Shown: positions 35,501 through 48,352, counted from the first letter of the stretch. The stretch: 57,627 nucleotides of DNA from Prorocentrum cordatum (GCA_963575745.1 CAUYUJ010000010.1:62001-119627), one strand, 5' to 3'. Numbers and translations: made by a program. The notes: generated from the letters alone by a model not told the origin.

Positions 35501-38500
35501 CTGGGCCTGCCGTTGCACCTTGTTCGCGCCGATGGGCAAGCTGAGTCAGTCTATTGTCGCCGTGCTGGAGATCGGCTTCGTGACCATGTATGGCAGCGGG
35601 AGGATCGCCATGCTGGGCAGCCTGAGCGGGAGGTGAGGGAGTCCACGCAAGGCAATGTGAGCGAGGAGCAGAGAGCATATACGCGCGATTGCGGTGCAGC
35701 TGGTCTCTTGGTCGCTCATAGGTCCCGCCACCCACTAATTTTTCAGACGGCGGCGGATGATCGATGGCGGCAGCGATCATGCGCTGATGGGGGTCTTAAC
35801 ACCTCCATTGCGAGTTCTCCCTGTCTCTAGCTCCCCTCTCGTTTCTGTATGCCTCGTCTTTCCCTGGCGCTTTGGCGTCCCCGCTACAATGTAGTATTTC
35901 TCTGATTCCTCCCTCGTCGCACGCGCGTGCCTCTTGAGGCGAGGGCCTGACCAATTCCTCCCTCGCCGCACGCTCGTGCCGCTTGAGGTGAGGGCTTACA
36001 CGACGGGCTGCTTCAACTTTCGAGGGCTCTGCTGGTGGCGCAAGTGGCCACGGCATGCGCTGCCCCTCGGGAGGCCAGAAAGGGTCCCTGGCACCATCCA
36101 GCAGGAGCATGCGCTGAGCTGGAGACTGTGCGCCACGTTTACGTCGTCTCCTCCACCTGGTCCTCCCCCTCCTCTTTCCAATTCGTCCCCCTCGTCCTCG
36201 TCACCCCTTCCTCGTCCGCGGGCCCCTTCCTCGGCCGCACGACCGCCCGCGCCGTGCTCCTCGTCGTCGTCGGCACTGCCGCCGTCGCCGCCGTTGTCGC
36301 CGCCTTTGCCGCCGTCGTTGCCGCCGCTGTCGCCTTCGCTGCCGCCGCCGCCGTCGCCGCGGCCGTCGTCGCCGCGTGGCGGTGAGCGGATGCGCGCGGG
36401 GCGGTTCAGATTGATTGGAGCGGGGATGATCGGAATAGGAGGCCCGCGTGGGGGTGGGAGTCCGATGCTTGTTCGTTTGCGTGGATCGTTTGCTCCTGTT
36501 GGGGCAAGTTTGAAGCTCGCATGGGGGTGGGGGAGTTCGACGCACGAGCCTGGCCCCAGCCAGGTTGTTAGCGGATGGCAAACATGGCACGCAGCACTTC
36601 AAGCAGTGGCGAAGCGTCCTGTGTCGCATATAGCCCCACCAAACAATGTTCTAAGAACCTGTTGTGGTTTCCACGAAATGTTCTTAGAACATTTCTGGTG
36701 GAGATTGTCCTGTTTTAACACGTCGGGCTTATGTTCTAAGAACATCGTTTTCGTTCTTAGTACACTCTCGGGCTCCAAGAACCTTTCGTGGTAGGACTAT
36801 AAGAATGCCGGGACGGTCGGTCCCTGCTCAGAGCAGGCGCGCAACGCCGTGTCGTTCACCCCTTGAGGGATCCAAAAGCGCCACGGAGGAAATGCAGGCC
36901 TCGCTGGTGTGCCGGCGCGGCGGGCCTCTCCCGGCGGGCCGGCTGCAGGCTGCTGGCTTCGGCCGGCAGCGCGATGGTGCTGCTGCGGCACAGAGCGGCT
37001 TCGGACTTGGCGCTGCTGGCCCGCACGGTGCGGCATCCCTGCGGCCGGCTCCGGGGCGCTGGACGCGGCGTCGGCCACGGAGGCGCAGCACGCCCTGCCG
37101 CACGGACAGCACTGGGGCGGGCAATTGCGGTCGGAAGCAGCTCTTCGTCGGCGGACGAGAGGGAGGCGAGCCGCTACAGAGCGCAAAGGTGACGGCGCCG
37201 GCAGCGCACGCCGCCTCTTGGCACCTCTGTCTGCCGTACTGCCTGCGCCACCTGGGCCTGACGGACGCGAGCGCCCTGACCGCCCTAGGGCCCCTGTGTG
37301 CGCCGCTGCCTCCCGGCAGCAATGGCCACGTCACCGGCAGCGCTGGAGGGCGCGACCGCCCAGGTGGGCGACGAGGCCCCGGCAGCAACGCAGCATTCTT
37401 GGCTACGGCCCAAATTGCTGATGCTGCCCACCTGGTCGCGGGCTTGGCGGCGGGCGAGGGCCCCAGCGCGGCCGCGGCCTCGCGCTCGGCTGGCGGAATG
37501 GGGGCGCACGGCCAGCTAGAGGCGCCCACGCGAGCGCACCACCGAGGCGCAGCCTTGCCGCCACTGCGCGGGCGGGCCACCGCGGGGCGCGGCGCCGGCG
37601 CCGCAGTTGCCGCTGCTGCTGCCGCTCTGGCGCGGGCGAGGGGTGCGCGGGCCAGCGGCGCCGGGCCCTCCGGGTCGGGGCCGCGCGCGGGCTCCCGCGT
37701 CGCGGTCCACGCGGCGCCCCCGCGCATGCCCAGTCTATAGGGCCCTGGCCGGCGCCCCCCCTTTCGCTGCAAGGGGCGGCCGTCGTCCTCGAGGGAGGAT
37801 CCCGTCTGGCGGATGGTGGGGGAGCGCGCCGGCTCCCGATGAAAGAGCTTCGGGCGCGCGGCACAGACGCGCGGCCGGCCGGAGGAAGAGGAGGAGGAGG
37901 AGGAGGCGGAGGAGGAGGAGGAGGAGGAGGAGGAGGAGGGGGAGGAGGGAGGAGGCGGAGGAGGAGGAGGAGGAGGAGGAGGAGGAGGAGGAGGAAGGAG
38001 GAGAGAGGAGGAGGAGGAGGAGGAGGAGAGGAGGAGAGGAGGAGGAGGGGGAGGAGGAGGGGGAGGACGGAGGAGGAGGAGGAGGAGGGAGGAGGAGGAG
38101 GAGGAGAAGGATGAGGAGGAGGAGGAGGAGAGGAGGGGGAGGAGGAGAAGGAGGAGGAGGAGGGAGGAGGAGGAGGAGGAGGAGGAGGAGGAGGAGAGGG
38201 AGGAGGAGGAGGAGGAGGAGGAGGAGGAGGAGGAGGAGGCGGAGGACTGTAGAAACGAGAAGGAGAAGGAGGAGCAGGAAAAGGAGGAGGAGAAGGAGGA
38301 GGAGGAGGGGGGGACAGTTACAGGTCTGACGGGGGCAACCTTTGAGGGGGCTGGAGAGGGCGCGCGCTGCCAGGCCGACGCGCTGCCGCAGGTTCTGGAC
38401 AGCTTGGAGACAGTGGAAAACCACGACGAGACCGTCCTCGGCCTCTGGACTGGGGGGCCCGCCAGGGTCCGCTTCGACCCGATCGATCCGGTTCGGTGTC

Positions 38501-39214
38501 GACTTCGGCAGGTACGATCTGGTCACAAAAAGGTTCGAGTCGCGGGAAAAATACATGATGGAAGTTTTCTGCAGTTTTCGGCCTTTGGTGGCCCTCTCCG
38601 AGCCCCGGAACCGTCAACCAATGATTCTATATGAACAAGCGGAGCTGGGGTAGGGTCTGGATGTCGGGGGACCCCATGTTGAAAAGAACAGCAACAACAG
38701 ACAACCGCAACCATGCAACACGACAAGAAGCTCAAAACAAATACACAACAAGACAGCACCACCACAAATCAATAACGACAAATAAACAGCAACAACAAAC
38801 AATACACAAACAACCAAACAACCAGCCAAACAACACAAACAACACAAACAGCACAAACAACACAAACAGCACAAGCAACACAAAAACAAACTCGCGCCTG
38901 GGGCTCGATCCCGCAATGCTGACGGTCCGTTCCGGCCCGATGCTCGCACGGCGTTGTTTTGCATCTTGTGTAACTAGCTCAGCGGATCCGAGTCGATGTT
39001 GACCCCGTGCCGATGCAGCCCGACCCGACGCACGATCCGATTCGATCCGACTTCCTGGCTCGATGCTGACCGACGAGCGCGCGTTCGGCCCCCACCCCCT
39101 TCCCCCGGCCTCAAAGTTGGCTCTGGACTCGCGGGGGCTCCGGGGCCTCTCCGCTGTCTTCGTTCCTTCGACCCTGTGCTGAACGCGCGTCCCGGGGCGA
39201 GAAACCGAGATTGG

Positions 39215-39435
39215 GTCGGGGGCCCCCGATCGTAGCGGTGACCGCACCGTGCGGTGAGTTGGTGGGGATTCGGGGTTAACGCACGGTTTTGGGACTCGGG
39301 TCGTTCTCCGAGGACGTCTCGGGCGACTGGGGCATCCGAGGTCCCAAGACCGTGCGGTGACGGACCCAGCGGTGAGGTCTTGGGGGATGTTCGAGGTCAC
39401 CGCACGGTCTGTCTCCGCACCGCTTCGGGACTCCA
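39215..39435. repeat. Dispersed repeat, paralog of 4045-4262
   Basis: See 4045. Confidence 0.7.
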
Positions 39436-39672
39436 GAGAAGGGGCCCGGACGGGACCAGGAAGTCAGAGGAGGAAGTTCTCCCTTTTTGTTGGGCCTCCT
39501 GGGCTGTATCGTCGCCACCGTTGGATTCGCCTCGAAGTGTGGGTCAGAACGCACCCCTCGAGGGGGGGGGGGGCAGCGGCCGCCGCCGCCGCAGGCCTCA
39601 CGCCACGCTGGAGCCGCCTGGGGGCGCCGAGGTGTCCCGGCGCCGGCTCCGGCCAGCAGAGAGACTCTATAG

Positions 39673-40675
39673 TTCAGTCGGGCCTGTCCCTTTGCAGGAG
39701 CAACATCCAAAAATGGTCAACAAAAACACTATGGGACGATTCTATAGGCTTACGCCACATCCGCCGACCCCTACATAAAACGAGTGCGCCTCCAGGACTG
39801 CGTTTCACGAGGCTTGTCCGAATCACGACACGGCGCTCGACATCGTTCCTGTTGCTTCGTTGCTGTTATCGTACCTCTTGGTGTTTTTTGGTGGCCTTTT
39901 GGTGACATCTTGGCCTGTCTGTAAGCCATGTCCGGCCGCCTCGAGGCATCTTGGGCCAAGTTTTGGAGCCTCTTGGCGGCCTCCTGGGGGCTTCTTGGAG
40001 GCCTGTGAGGTTGTTATTGGGGCAGGCTGGGGGCGTCTTGGGGCCGAAGGCTTGAACAGGTGCCCTCTGGACTCCCTCTTGGAGCCGTCTGGGGGCCCTC
40101 TTGGGCTGTCTTTGGGGCTTCGTAGGCTGTTTTTGGACTCTCTTCGACCCCTCTTGGGGGCCCCTTGGGCCGTTCGGGGGCGACATTGAAGGTTTCTTTG
40201 CCCATCTTGGACGTTGTGACAGCCGAAAAGGCGAGCATGCGAAAAATGCAGTTTTTTCCCAAGGGAATGAGGCGATTTCTGTTTCTTGGGACCCTCTTTG
40301 GACGCATCTTGGGAGCTTGTTGGGGCGCCTTGCCAGCTTCGGGGGCCGTCTGAAGGCCATCGTGAGCGTCACAAGGAGCGATATTTCGGCGATTCGTTGC
40401 CCTCTGGGAGCGTCTGGGGAGCGTTTTGATGCCTTCTTGGCCTGCTTTGGAGCACTCCGCTCCCCCATTGCGCGTTCGGTCCGGGGTCGGGCCGGGCCTG
40501 GAGGGGGTTAATTTGCCGGTTTGGGGTCCTTGGGGCGGAGGATTATGGGGGAAATCATCTCACACGCCTAGAGACCCACAAGGAGTCGGCGGATTTTAAA
40601 GCTATGTTCCGGTATTTTTAGAATGTGTTGATTTGTCATCCAAAAACCCCCTGTATGAGGACACGCCCGGCTTAA
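39673..40675. mobile_element. MITE family A split by an ~850-bp insertion
   Basis: Left TIR ttcagtcgggcctgtccctttgcagg, right TIR cctgtatgaggacacgcccggcttaa. TSD ctctatag / ctttatag (7/8). Confidence 0.85.
39742..40595 (-). mobile_element. Hairpin-ended element, apparently full-length copy with subterminal inverted repeat
   Basis: GATT-ctata-GGC-TTAC-GCC-ac-ATCCGCCGAC (39738-39768) and inverted GTCGGCGGAT-T (40585-40595). The interior is cttggg-rich repeat. Removing it restores a normal MITE-A core. Confidence 0.65.
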
Positions 40676-41444
40676 CTTTATAGGCCTCCCAGATGGGATC
40701 AGAGTAGTTGGGGTCGGAGGATCGCGCCGCATCGCCGATGCATCGCCAATGCGGCACCATGCGGAGCCCGACTTTCTTCGCGCGGACGTCGCCTATGCAT
40801 CGCCGGCGTCGCCGATGCATCGCCATCTGGGGGCGGCGGCGGCGCCGAGGTGTCCCGGCGCCGGCTCCGGGCGCTGGGTCTTGTAGGATCCTGCAGGGCC
40901 AGGGTTGCATTGACCCAGTTCTGGGCGCAGGATCCTGCAGGACCCTGCGAGGCCTGCCTGACCCGGGCTTGGATTGGCCCGGGTCAGAGCACTCCCGAGG
41001 CGGGAGGAAGGGGCTCGGACGGGGTCAGGAAAAAGATCAGTCCGTTCCCCTTCGCGCTGTGAAAAATCACGTCGGGGGGTTTTGGCTATATCAGGCCTCC
41101 GAGGACCCTTCCTGGCCTCGGGACCGGCAAAAAACAACTCAGGATGAAAAACTGGTCCTGGTGAAGGGGTCGAGACTTTTGGGGTTCGACGCTGCGAAAA
41201 GTCACGACGTCAGGGGTCTGGGGACGGGGCCAGGAAGAGGATAAATCCGTTCCGGAGCGCTCTGGAACGCTCGGCTTGGGGACGGGGCCAGGAAGAGGAT
41301 ACATCCGCTCCAGAGCGTTCCGGAACGCTCTCCGAGGGTCCGGGAATGCTCTGAGAGGGCCGCACGCTGCCCGAGCCATCGACTGCAGAGCCGTCGGATC
41401 TCAGAGGTTTCGATTCGTCCTCACCCGAATGCATCCTCTCAGGA

Positions 41445-41603
41445 GGAGAACACACAGACACAATTAATCGTCGACTCCCCCGAAAATATGGGAAAATATG
41501 GGAAGTGGCGGGGAAGACAAAAACCCAGAAAATATGAGAAAATATGGGGAATGATTTTATTTGTGTGTATTTATGTGTGTGTGTGTGTCCTGGGGCCCCT
41601 TCA
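41445..41603. repeat. Dispersed repeat, paralog of 23170-23324
   Basis: See 23170. Confidence 0.8.
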
Positions 41604-42514
41604 TCCTCGTCCTGGCTTCTTCTCAGGGGCCCCCTCGTCGGCCACGGCTGGGCGTGGCTCGAAGCACCGGCCGGCTTCGACCCCAGGAGGGGCTCTGGCT
41701 CCGGACGCCGAGCGGGGGTGGCCTCGCGCCCGCCAAGCAGGCCAGGAAGTAGGAAGAGCACGACATGGAGTAAGAGGAGACATCGAAGTAGGAAGAGGGT
41801 AGCGGTAAGTTCCAGGTAGTAACGCTGGATAAATGACGCGGCCCGCGCCGTGCGGCTCTGGCGCTCTCAGGATCAGCTGTTCACAGCCAGTGCACGTAAC
41901 GAGCGAGGCCGACCTCGCCCACCAGATTTATCCATTGTCCTTCCTGCTCCATGCAGCGCGGGAGCTAAACGCCCGCAGTCTGTTCTCGAGGCCCGGCCAG
42001 CGCAGGAAGGCGTCGGGATGCCAGAGAAGGCCCCCCAACGCCGGAAGCCTCAGGCGCCACGTTGGGGGGGTGAATATCGGGCCGGACGAAGGGGGGGATT
42101 GAGAAAGGGGGGGGTGCGGAATCTGCTGCATGCAGCTGGTTTTGGGCCCCATCGAGGGGCCCATTCCTCGATACATAGCCACCTCTGGCGCCGGGAGGCG
42201 CCGGGAAAATCAGCTACGTGAGCTGATTCTCAACCCCCCCCTTTGCTATTCCCCCCCTTTTGCCCGGCCCAAGAATAGCATCGGGGGGGGTGCATCGATC
42301 TTCAGCGCCGATTCCTCGCCGGTCGGGGTCCGATAGCCCACCCCGCCCATGGACGTGCCGTCGGGGGCCTACCGCCGAGAAACACGCGATGCATCGCCGA
42401 TTCCACGTCAACGTTCCCCCCCTGAGGCAGCCCCCCCCCCCCTTCTCATGTCCCCTCCGCCAGTCGACCTCCCCCGAAACCGCGCGCGACGCTGCTCGTC
42501 CTCCCCGCCCGCCG

Positions 42515-42600
42515 GCATCGGGAGGATCACGCTGGCGCTGTCCGTCCTGATCTTCGTGCTCTCCCCGTGGACCCTGCCGAAGCTCGTCGGGGCCTCCCGC
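42515..42600 (+). CDS. Candidate TM-encoding exon
   Basis: GIGRITLALSVLIFVLSPWTLPKLVG, with nearly all codons ending in G or C. Confidence 0.4.
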
Positions 42601-42906
42601 GGGTCGCGGCTGGGCGCTCCGCCCCGCCCCCGCCTCGCCCCCCCCCCCCCCCCCCCCCCCTCCCTGAGCGGGCCGTTGGCCACTGGCCTCCTGTTGCGAT
42701 TCACCGAGGGCATTTGGGGATCGACCCTTTCTTCTCCTCCTCCTCTCCTCCTCCTCCTTCCTCCTCTCCTCCCCTCCTCCTCCTCTGCCTCCTCCCTCCT
42801 CCTCCTCTCCTCCTCCCCCTCTCCTCCTCCTCCTCCGCCTCCTCCTCCCTCCTTCCTCATTCTCCCCTCTTCCTCCTCCTCTCCTCTACTCCTCCTTTCC
42901 TCCCCG

Positions 42907-43152
42907 TCCTCCTCCTCCTCCTCCTCCTCCTCCTCCTCCTCCTCCTCCTCCTCCTCCCCCTGTTCTGTTCCATGGCCATGGGGGGGCTGATCCGCGGGCT
43001 GCATACAAATTCCCCTTCCTACCCCCTTTCCTCCTTCCTCCCCCCTTCCTCCTCCTCCTCCTCCTCCTCCTCCTCCTCCTCCTCCTCCTCCTCCTCCCCC
43101 TGTTCTGTTCCATGGCCATGGGGGGGCTGATCCGCGGGCTGCATACAAATTC
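42907..43152. repeat. Tandem duplication, ~139-bp period
   Basis: (cct)n-ccccctgttctgttccatggccatgggggggctgatccgcgggctgcatacaaattc occurs twice. Confidence 0.9.
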
Positions 43153-44110
43153 AGAGAAGAGAGAGAGAGAGAGCTTACCTGCCGCAAAAAGTCTTGCTCG
43201 CACTTCCCGAGCATGTGCGCATCGAGGTACGGGTCCAGGAGACAGAAGAGTCTCTCCAGATCAGGAACGCGGGGGAGGTGGAGGGTCACATCAGACATGT
43301 CGGCACCGCAGACCTCACCTCTCCCTTTCTCGCTTCTGACTGCATTGCAACGCAGAGTGCCTGGCAGGGAACGCGCATGGTTCCTGAGGGTATTGCTTGG
43401 CCTGCTGTGTGTGCCAGCGATGTGCCAGCGGCCGCCTGTCATTCCGTCGAGCACCTTGTGTTCACCTGTGTGGCAGCGTGGCATCTGCGATGTCCCTTGG
43501 GCGAGGCTGGGCAGATTTATTGCCAGAAGCTGTGCTGTCTTCGTCGGCTGCGAGCCGAACCTGCACTGATCAATGAAAACGCTCTGGACGCAAAAAACAC
43601 GGGTTTCAAGCTCTCTGAGGTGTCTGGCTTCTTTGAGAAACCAAGAGCTCGGATCATTTGAGTTTGAAGGGCACGCTGGATGTTCCAACACACCAATCGC
43701 TCCCGTGGCAAGACGCACATACATGAAATAGAGAGATCCTCCGTACAGATCGTTCGCTGTGACCATCTGGCGCCACAATCTGGAGGTGGCAAGCGGCCGT
43801 CCCCATAGGTAATGTACGGAACGGAGCGGCCTGGATGTCGGGCATTCGGGGGCATCCAAGTATCGAGCAGCAGACCAGGTCTCGCAGGGCGGTCCAATCA
43901 TAGCCTCCAGAGCACGGCCTTGGAAAAACAAAACCGAAAGCTGTTCTCGTGCTTCGGGCGACCCCGGGTCACCGTTCACGGGGTCGTTTCTCATGCCTAC
44001 GGACAGCACAGCCACTGGGCCAGTCTCTGGGCCCATCTTCTGAAAAAAAGCTCCAAGCAGCGCTGAACATCTCCGGGCCTGCGTTGCCCGCTGAACAGAT
44101 GCAGCATATC
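43153..44110 (-). mobile_element. Retrotransposon 3' end encoding a C5-cytosine methyltransferase-like domain (frameshifted)
   Basis: Minus strand: MLHLFSGQRRPGD (motif I, from 44107), frameshift at the T7 run, then VLSV...GD, IGPPCETWS (catalytic PC), VLEHP (motif VI-like), IDQCRFG..TKT (VIII-like). Ends in a (CT)n tail at ~43153-43173. Confidence 0.75.
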
Positions 44111-45231
44111 ACGGGCCCGGTTGGGTCTGACACTACGCAGGCTATCTATACACAAGCCTTGTTACGTCTAGCGCTGGCGAGTGCGAGCCGTCTCCGTGAG
44201 CTGGCGGCACAGGGGGGGGGGTTCTCCCTCGACGTCCTCCTCCTTGGAGTGCTGCCGTTGCTTCCCTCCCTTCCGGCACCCTTCCGCCCGCTCCGATGTG
44301 CTGGAAACCCGTTCCTGGACGGAGTCCCCGGGGACTCTCGCCGATCTGCGGCTCAGGACCGACGCGCTTCAGGACCCGAGCTCAAGCCACGGGCGAAGCC
44401 TCGCGCGCACTTCTGCAGTCTTGCAGGACTTCGTTGGCCGTCTGCCTTGGCAATCTGAGACGTGCCGCCGCCCCCCTCGAGCGCGCACGCGGCCGCGCCG
44501 CAGGGCGGGCTGGGGCCCGAGCACTCGGCCGCACCATCAGAGGCCGGGAGCCGAGTGAAGCTGCCCAGGAAGGCCCTTCAGGGGCCAACGCCTTGCCACT
44601 CGAGGGCCAGCTTCGTGCCCGAGGTCTTCCTCCCTCCCTGCCCTCGTCCCCCCTTCCCCTGTCCTCTACCTCCCTTCTCCTCGTGCTCCTCCTCCCTCCG
44701 CCTCCGTCCTCCTGCCCCTGCTTCTCCTCCTCTCTCCTCCTCCTCCTCCTCCTCCTCCTCCTCCTCCTCCTCCTCCTCCTCCTCCTCCTCCTCCTCCTCC
44801 CACTCCTGCCTCCTCCTCCTCCTCTCTCCTCCTCATCCTCCTCTCCTCCTCCTGCATCCTCCTCCTCTCCTCGTCTCCTCCTCCTCCTCCTCCTCCTCCC
44901 CTCCCTCCTCCTCTCCTCCTCCTCTCCTCCTCCTCCCTCCTCCTCCTCATCGTCCTCCTCCTCCTCCTCCTCCTCCTCCTCGTTGTCTTCCTCCTCCTCC
45001 TCCTCCTGCTCCTCCTCCTCCTGCTGTTGCTCCTTCTCCCCCTGTTCCTGCTCCGGCCTCCTCCTTCCTCCTCCTCCTCCTCCTCCTCCTCCTCGTTCTC
45101 CATTCCCTTCCTTGTAGGTCATTCCTCTGTGTATCACCCCGTGGCTGGTTGCAAGGGCGGGCCCGGCGTTTCGCTTGGGACTTCCGTAACATGTATGATC
45201 CTGAAGCTTACGAGTTGGCAACAGCTTCACT

Positions 45232-45710
45232 GACGGAGGGCGTGCAGTTTTCAAAATGTGTATCTCGCCTTCGCGCCGCGCACATTCGTCTCAAAAAAAT
45301 ACCAGAGCTTTACGGATTAAGGGCGGGTCGTTTTCAGAATGTGGATCCCGCCCCAGCGCCGTCCACATTCTTTTTCAACATTTTCCAAAGCTTCACGGAT
45401 TGAGGGCGGGTCGTTTTCAAAATGTGGTTCTCGCCCCAGCGCCGCCCAAATTCTTTGTAGACAGTATCAAGAGCTTCCCGGATTGAGGGCGGGTGGTTTT
45501 CAAAATGTGGCTCTCGCTCCACCGCCGCGCACATTCGTTACACAAATTGGCAGAGGTTCACAGTTTGACTGAGGGCGGTTCATTTATACAATGTGCTCTC
45601 GCCTTATCGCCGCGCTCACTCGTTGCAAACAATTTCAAGGGCTTCACCGAGTGAGGGCGGGTGGCTTCCAAAATATGCGTCTCGCCGTAGCGCCGCGCAC
45701 ACTCGTTTTT
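45232..45710. repeat. Tandem repeat, ~83-bp unit x6
   Basis: gattgagggcgggt(c/g)gttttcaaaatgtgg.tctcgcc...cgccgcgcacattc recurs at ~45235, 45315, 45398, 45480, 45567 and 45650. Confidence 0.9.
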
Positions 45711-46189
45711 TTTTACAGTTGCAAGACAATATCAGACTCCCATGGCTCACGTACCAGAAGCGGCGCTTTGGAACGATTCCGGATTGTCAGGGCGCAACAT
45801 GTTCGTTGATTCGTTGCGTTGAAATCCTAGGGTTGGTGTGTCCTTGCACGCTTCAGGATGGTCAAACCGCAGCAATCATGCTGCATGGTGGCATTGAAGT
45901 TCCGATAGTGCTGTTTGAGCACGCTTCAGGATCTTCAAATGTTTGTCTCCCAACGGGGAACTTCCTTCAGTGAAAATCCATCCTTGTGGGGGCCTATGAA
46001 GAGGGATATTGGAGGGCGGGTTTATTCCAACGTCGTTGGTGAGTCTTTGGTTTACATTGGTCCTCATCCTCCTCATCATCATCATCCTCTTCCCCCCAAA
46101 CTTCCCATTATCCCTGTCCTCCCGCTTAGCTATTTCTGCGCAGCGGCGCCGTTGTGCTGCTGAGGTGCGCGCGCGCACCCGCCCTCCAG

Positions 46190-46260
46190 GCTTCGCGACG
46201 TTCGCGCCGGGCTACTTCTGGCCGGCATTCCTGGGAGACCTTGCCCGCGATGCTTCTCCA
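46190..46260 (+). CDS. Candidate exon
   Basis: ctccAG| then GFATFAPGYFWPAFLGDLARD. Confidence 0.35.
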
Positions 46261-46371
46261 GGGAGCACGGAGGAGGCGGAGAAGCAGGAGTGGGCGGAGG
46301 AGGAGGAAGAGGAGGAGGAGGAGGAGGAAGAGGAAGACGGGAAAAGGGGCAGAGGAGGGAGGGAAGAGGAT

Positions 46372-48095
46372 TTGGCGGCGCGCACAAGGGGGTAGGGGGA
46401 GGGGGGAAGGCTTCTGAGAAGGAGGCTGCTTCTCAGAAGGCGCCGGCCCTACGTCTGCAAAGAAGGCCCGCGCCTTCTAAGAAGCAGGGGTGCTTCTAAG
46501 AAGCCCTCCCCCTCCCCCCACCCCCCTCTGCGCGTGGCTGATCTTGGGCCTCCCTGAGGCCGTCCTGGAGGTCTGCTGAGCCGCCTCGGGGTCTCCTGTG
46601 CCTCTGATGGGGCCTCGCTGGGCCGTCACGAGAAGCCCGCGGGGCTTTCTGCCCGCATAGCAGGGGTGCTTCTCAGAAGCCCTCCCCCCTCCCCCCTCTG
46701 CGCGTGGCTGGAGGGTGGAGGGACGAGGCCAGAGGAGCCGCACGCGCGACGACTTCCGGCCCCCGAGCGGGCGGCCCGCAAGGGGGGGGGGGGGAGCGCG
46801 GCCGGCTCGGCCCGCGTGACCGCCCAAGGCGCGCGGAAGGAGGAAAGGTAGGACGGAGACGAGAGACTTCTCCTCCTCCTCCTCCTCCCTCCTCCTCCTC
46901 CTCCTCCTCCTCCATCCTCCTCCCTCCTCCTCCCTCCTCCTCCTACCCCTCCTCCTCCTCCTCATCCTCCTCCTCCTCCTCCTCCTGCTCGTCCTCCTCC
47001 TCCTCCTCCTCCTCCTCCTCCTCATCATCATCATCATCCTCCTCCTCCTCCTCCTCCCTATCTTCCTATTCCTCCCCATCCTCCTCCTCCTGATCCGCCT
47101 CCTCCCCTTCGAGACCCCCACCAAATTACCACCCCAGTGGGGGATGCACCCCTCGAATCGCGAAGGGAACGACCTGTATCCCCATTTCGGGAGTAGATCG
47201 GCCAGTGGGGCCCAGGCCACGCCGCTGGGGATGGGGATCGGTTGAACGATACTCATGATGAGGATGAGGATTGGGGGGGGCGGGGGAGGACGGGGAGAAG
47301 GACGAGGACGAGGACGAGGAGGGAGGACCGGGAGGGAGGGCCAGGAGGAGGAGAAAAGTCCTGCGTAAGCCCAGGATGCATCAACGATGCTGCAACACCC
47401 TCCTGTCCCAAGTCCCCCCTTTCAGGCGATCGCAAACATGGATCAAGGGGGCGTGGATTAGCGACGGGTCCCGTTTCCATGGAACATCGCAGATTCCCGC
47501 CGCCGAACGAGGTGGCACCGGCCGTTTTTTGGGGGAGGGCACCTCCCCCAGATTTGGCGACCGCGCGCCAAATCCACGGATCGCTAATCCATGCTTGCGC
47601 GCCCCCGACAGGAGGAGGGGGGAAGTCCAGAGTAAACCCAAGATGCATCAACGATGCTGCAACACACCCTCCCGTCCCACGTCCCCTCTTTTTTAGATTA
47701 CATTTGATGTGTACAATTCATTTGTATAAAAAAACTGCACGCTACAAGCCTTGCTTCCCACCGCCAGAAGCGCCCCTTTGAAAATACCAGCACCTCGTGG
47801 GCCTGCTATGCGGGTAGAAAGCCCCGCGGGCTTCTCGTGACGGCCCAGCGAGGCCCCATCAGAGGCACAAGAGACCCCGAGGCGGCTCAACAGACCTCCA
47901 GGACGGCCTCAGGGAGGCCCAAGATCAGCCACGCGCAGAGGGGGGTGGGGGGAGGGGGGACGGCTTCTTAGGAGCACCCCTGCTTCTTAAAAGGCGCGGG
48001 CCTTATCTGTAGATGTAAGGCCGGCGGCTTCTGAGAAGCAGCCTCCTTTTAAGAAGCCTCCCCCCTCCCCCCACCCCCCTTGTGCGCCCCGCCAA
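46372..48095. mobile_element. Foldback element with ~290-bp terminal inverted repeats
   Basis: 46372-46664 is the reverse complement of 47802-48095. Flanks gaagaggat / caagaggac (7/9). Confidence 0.7.
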
Positions 48096-48352
48096 CAAGA
48101 GGACCCCAAGACGGCCCAAGAGCGTTCAAAGCGAGCCAAGAAGGTCTCAAGACGGCCAGGGGGGGCCTCAAGACGCTGCAAGAGGCTCCCAAAATGGACC
48201 CCCGCATGGTGAACATCGCCCCGCTCCTTTCGGAAAACGTACACGTTTAGCACATTCGCTCCTTTGGTCTGATCAGCGTGCAAGACGGCCCAAGAGGCCC
48301 CCAATACCGCCCCAAGACGGCCAAGAGGTCCCTAAGACGGCCCAAGTGGGCT

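Noticed and set aside
38900..38990. tRNA or tRNA-SINE (A-box-like tagctcagcgg, B-box-like gggctcgatccc)
   Set aside because: The boxes are in the wrong order and no cloverleaf can be folded.
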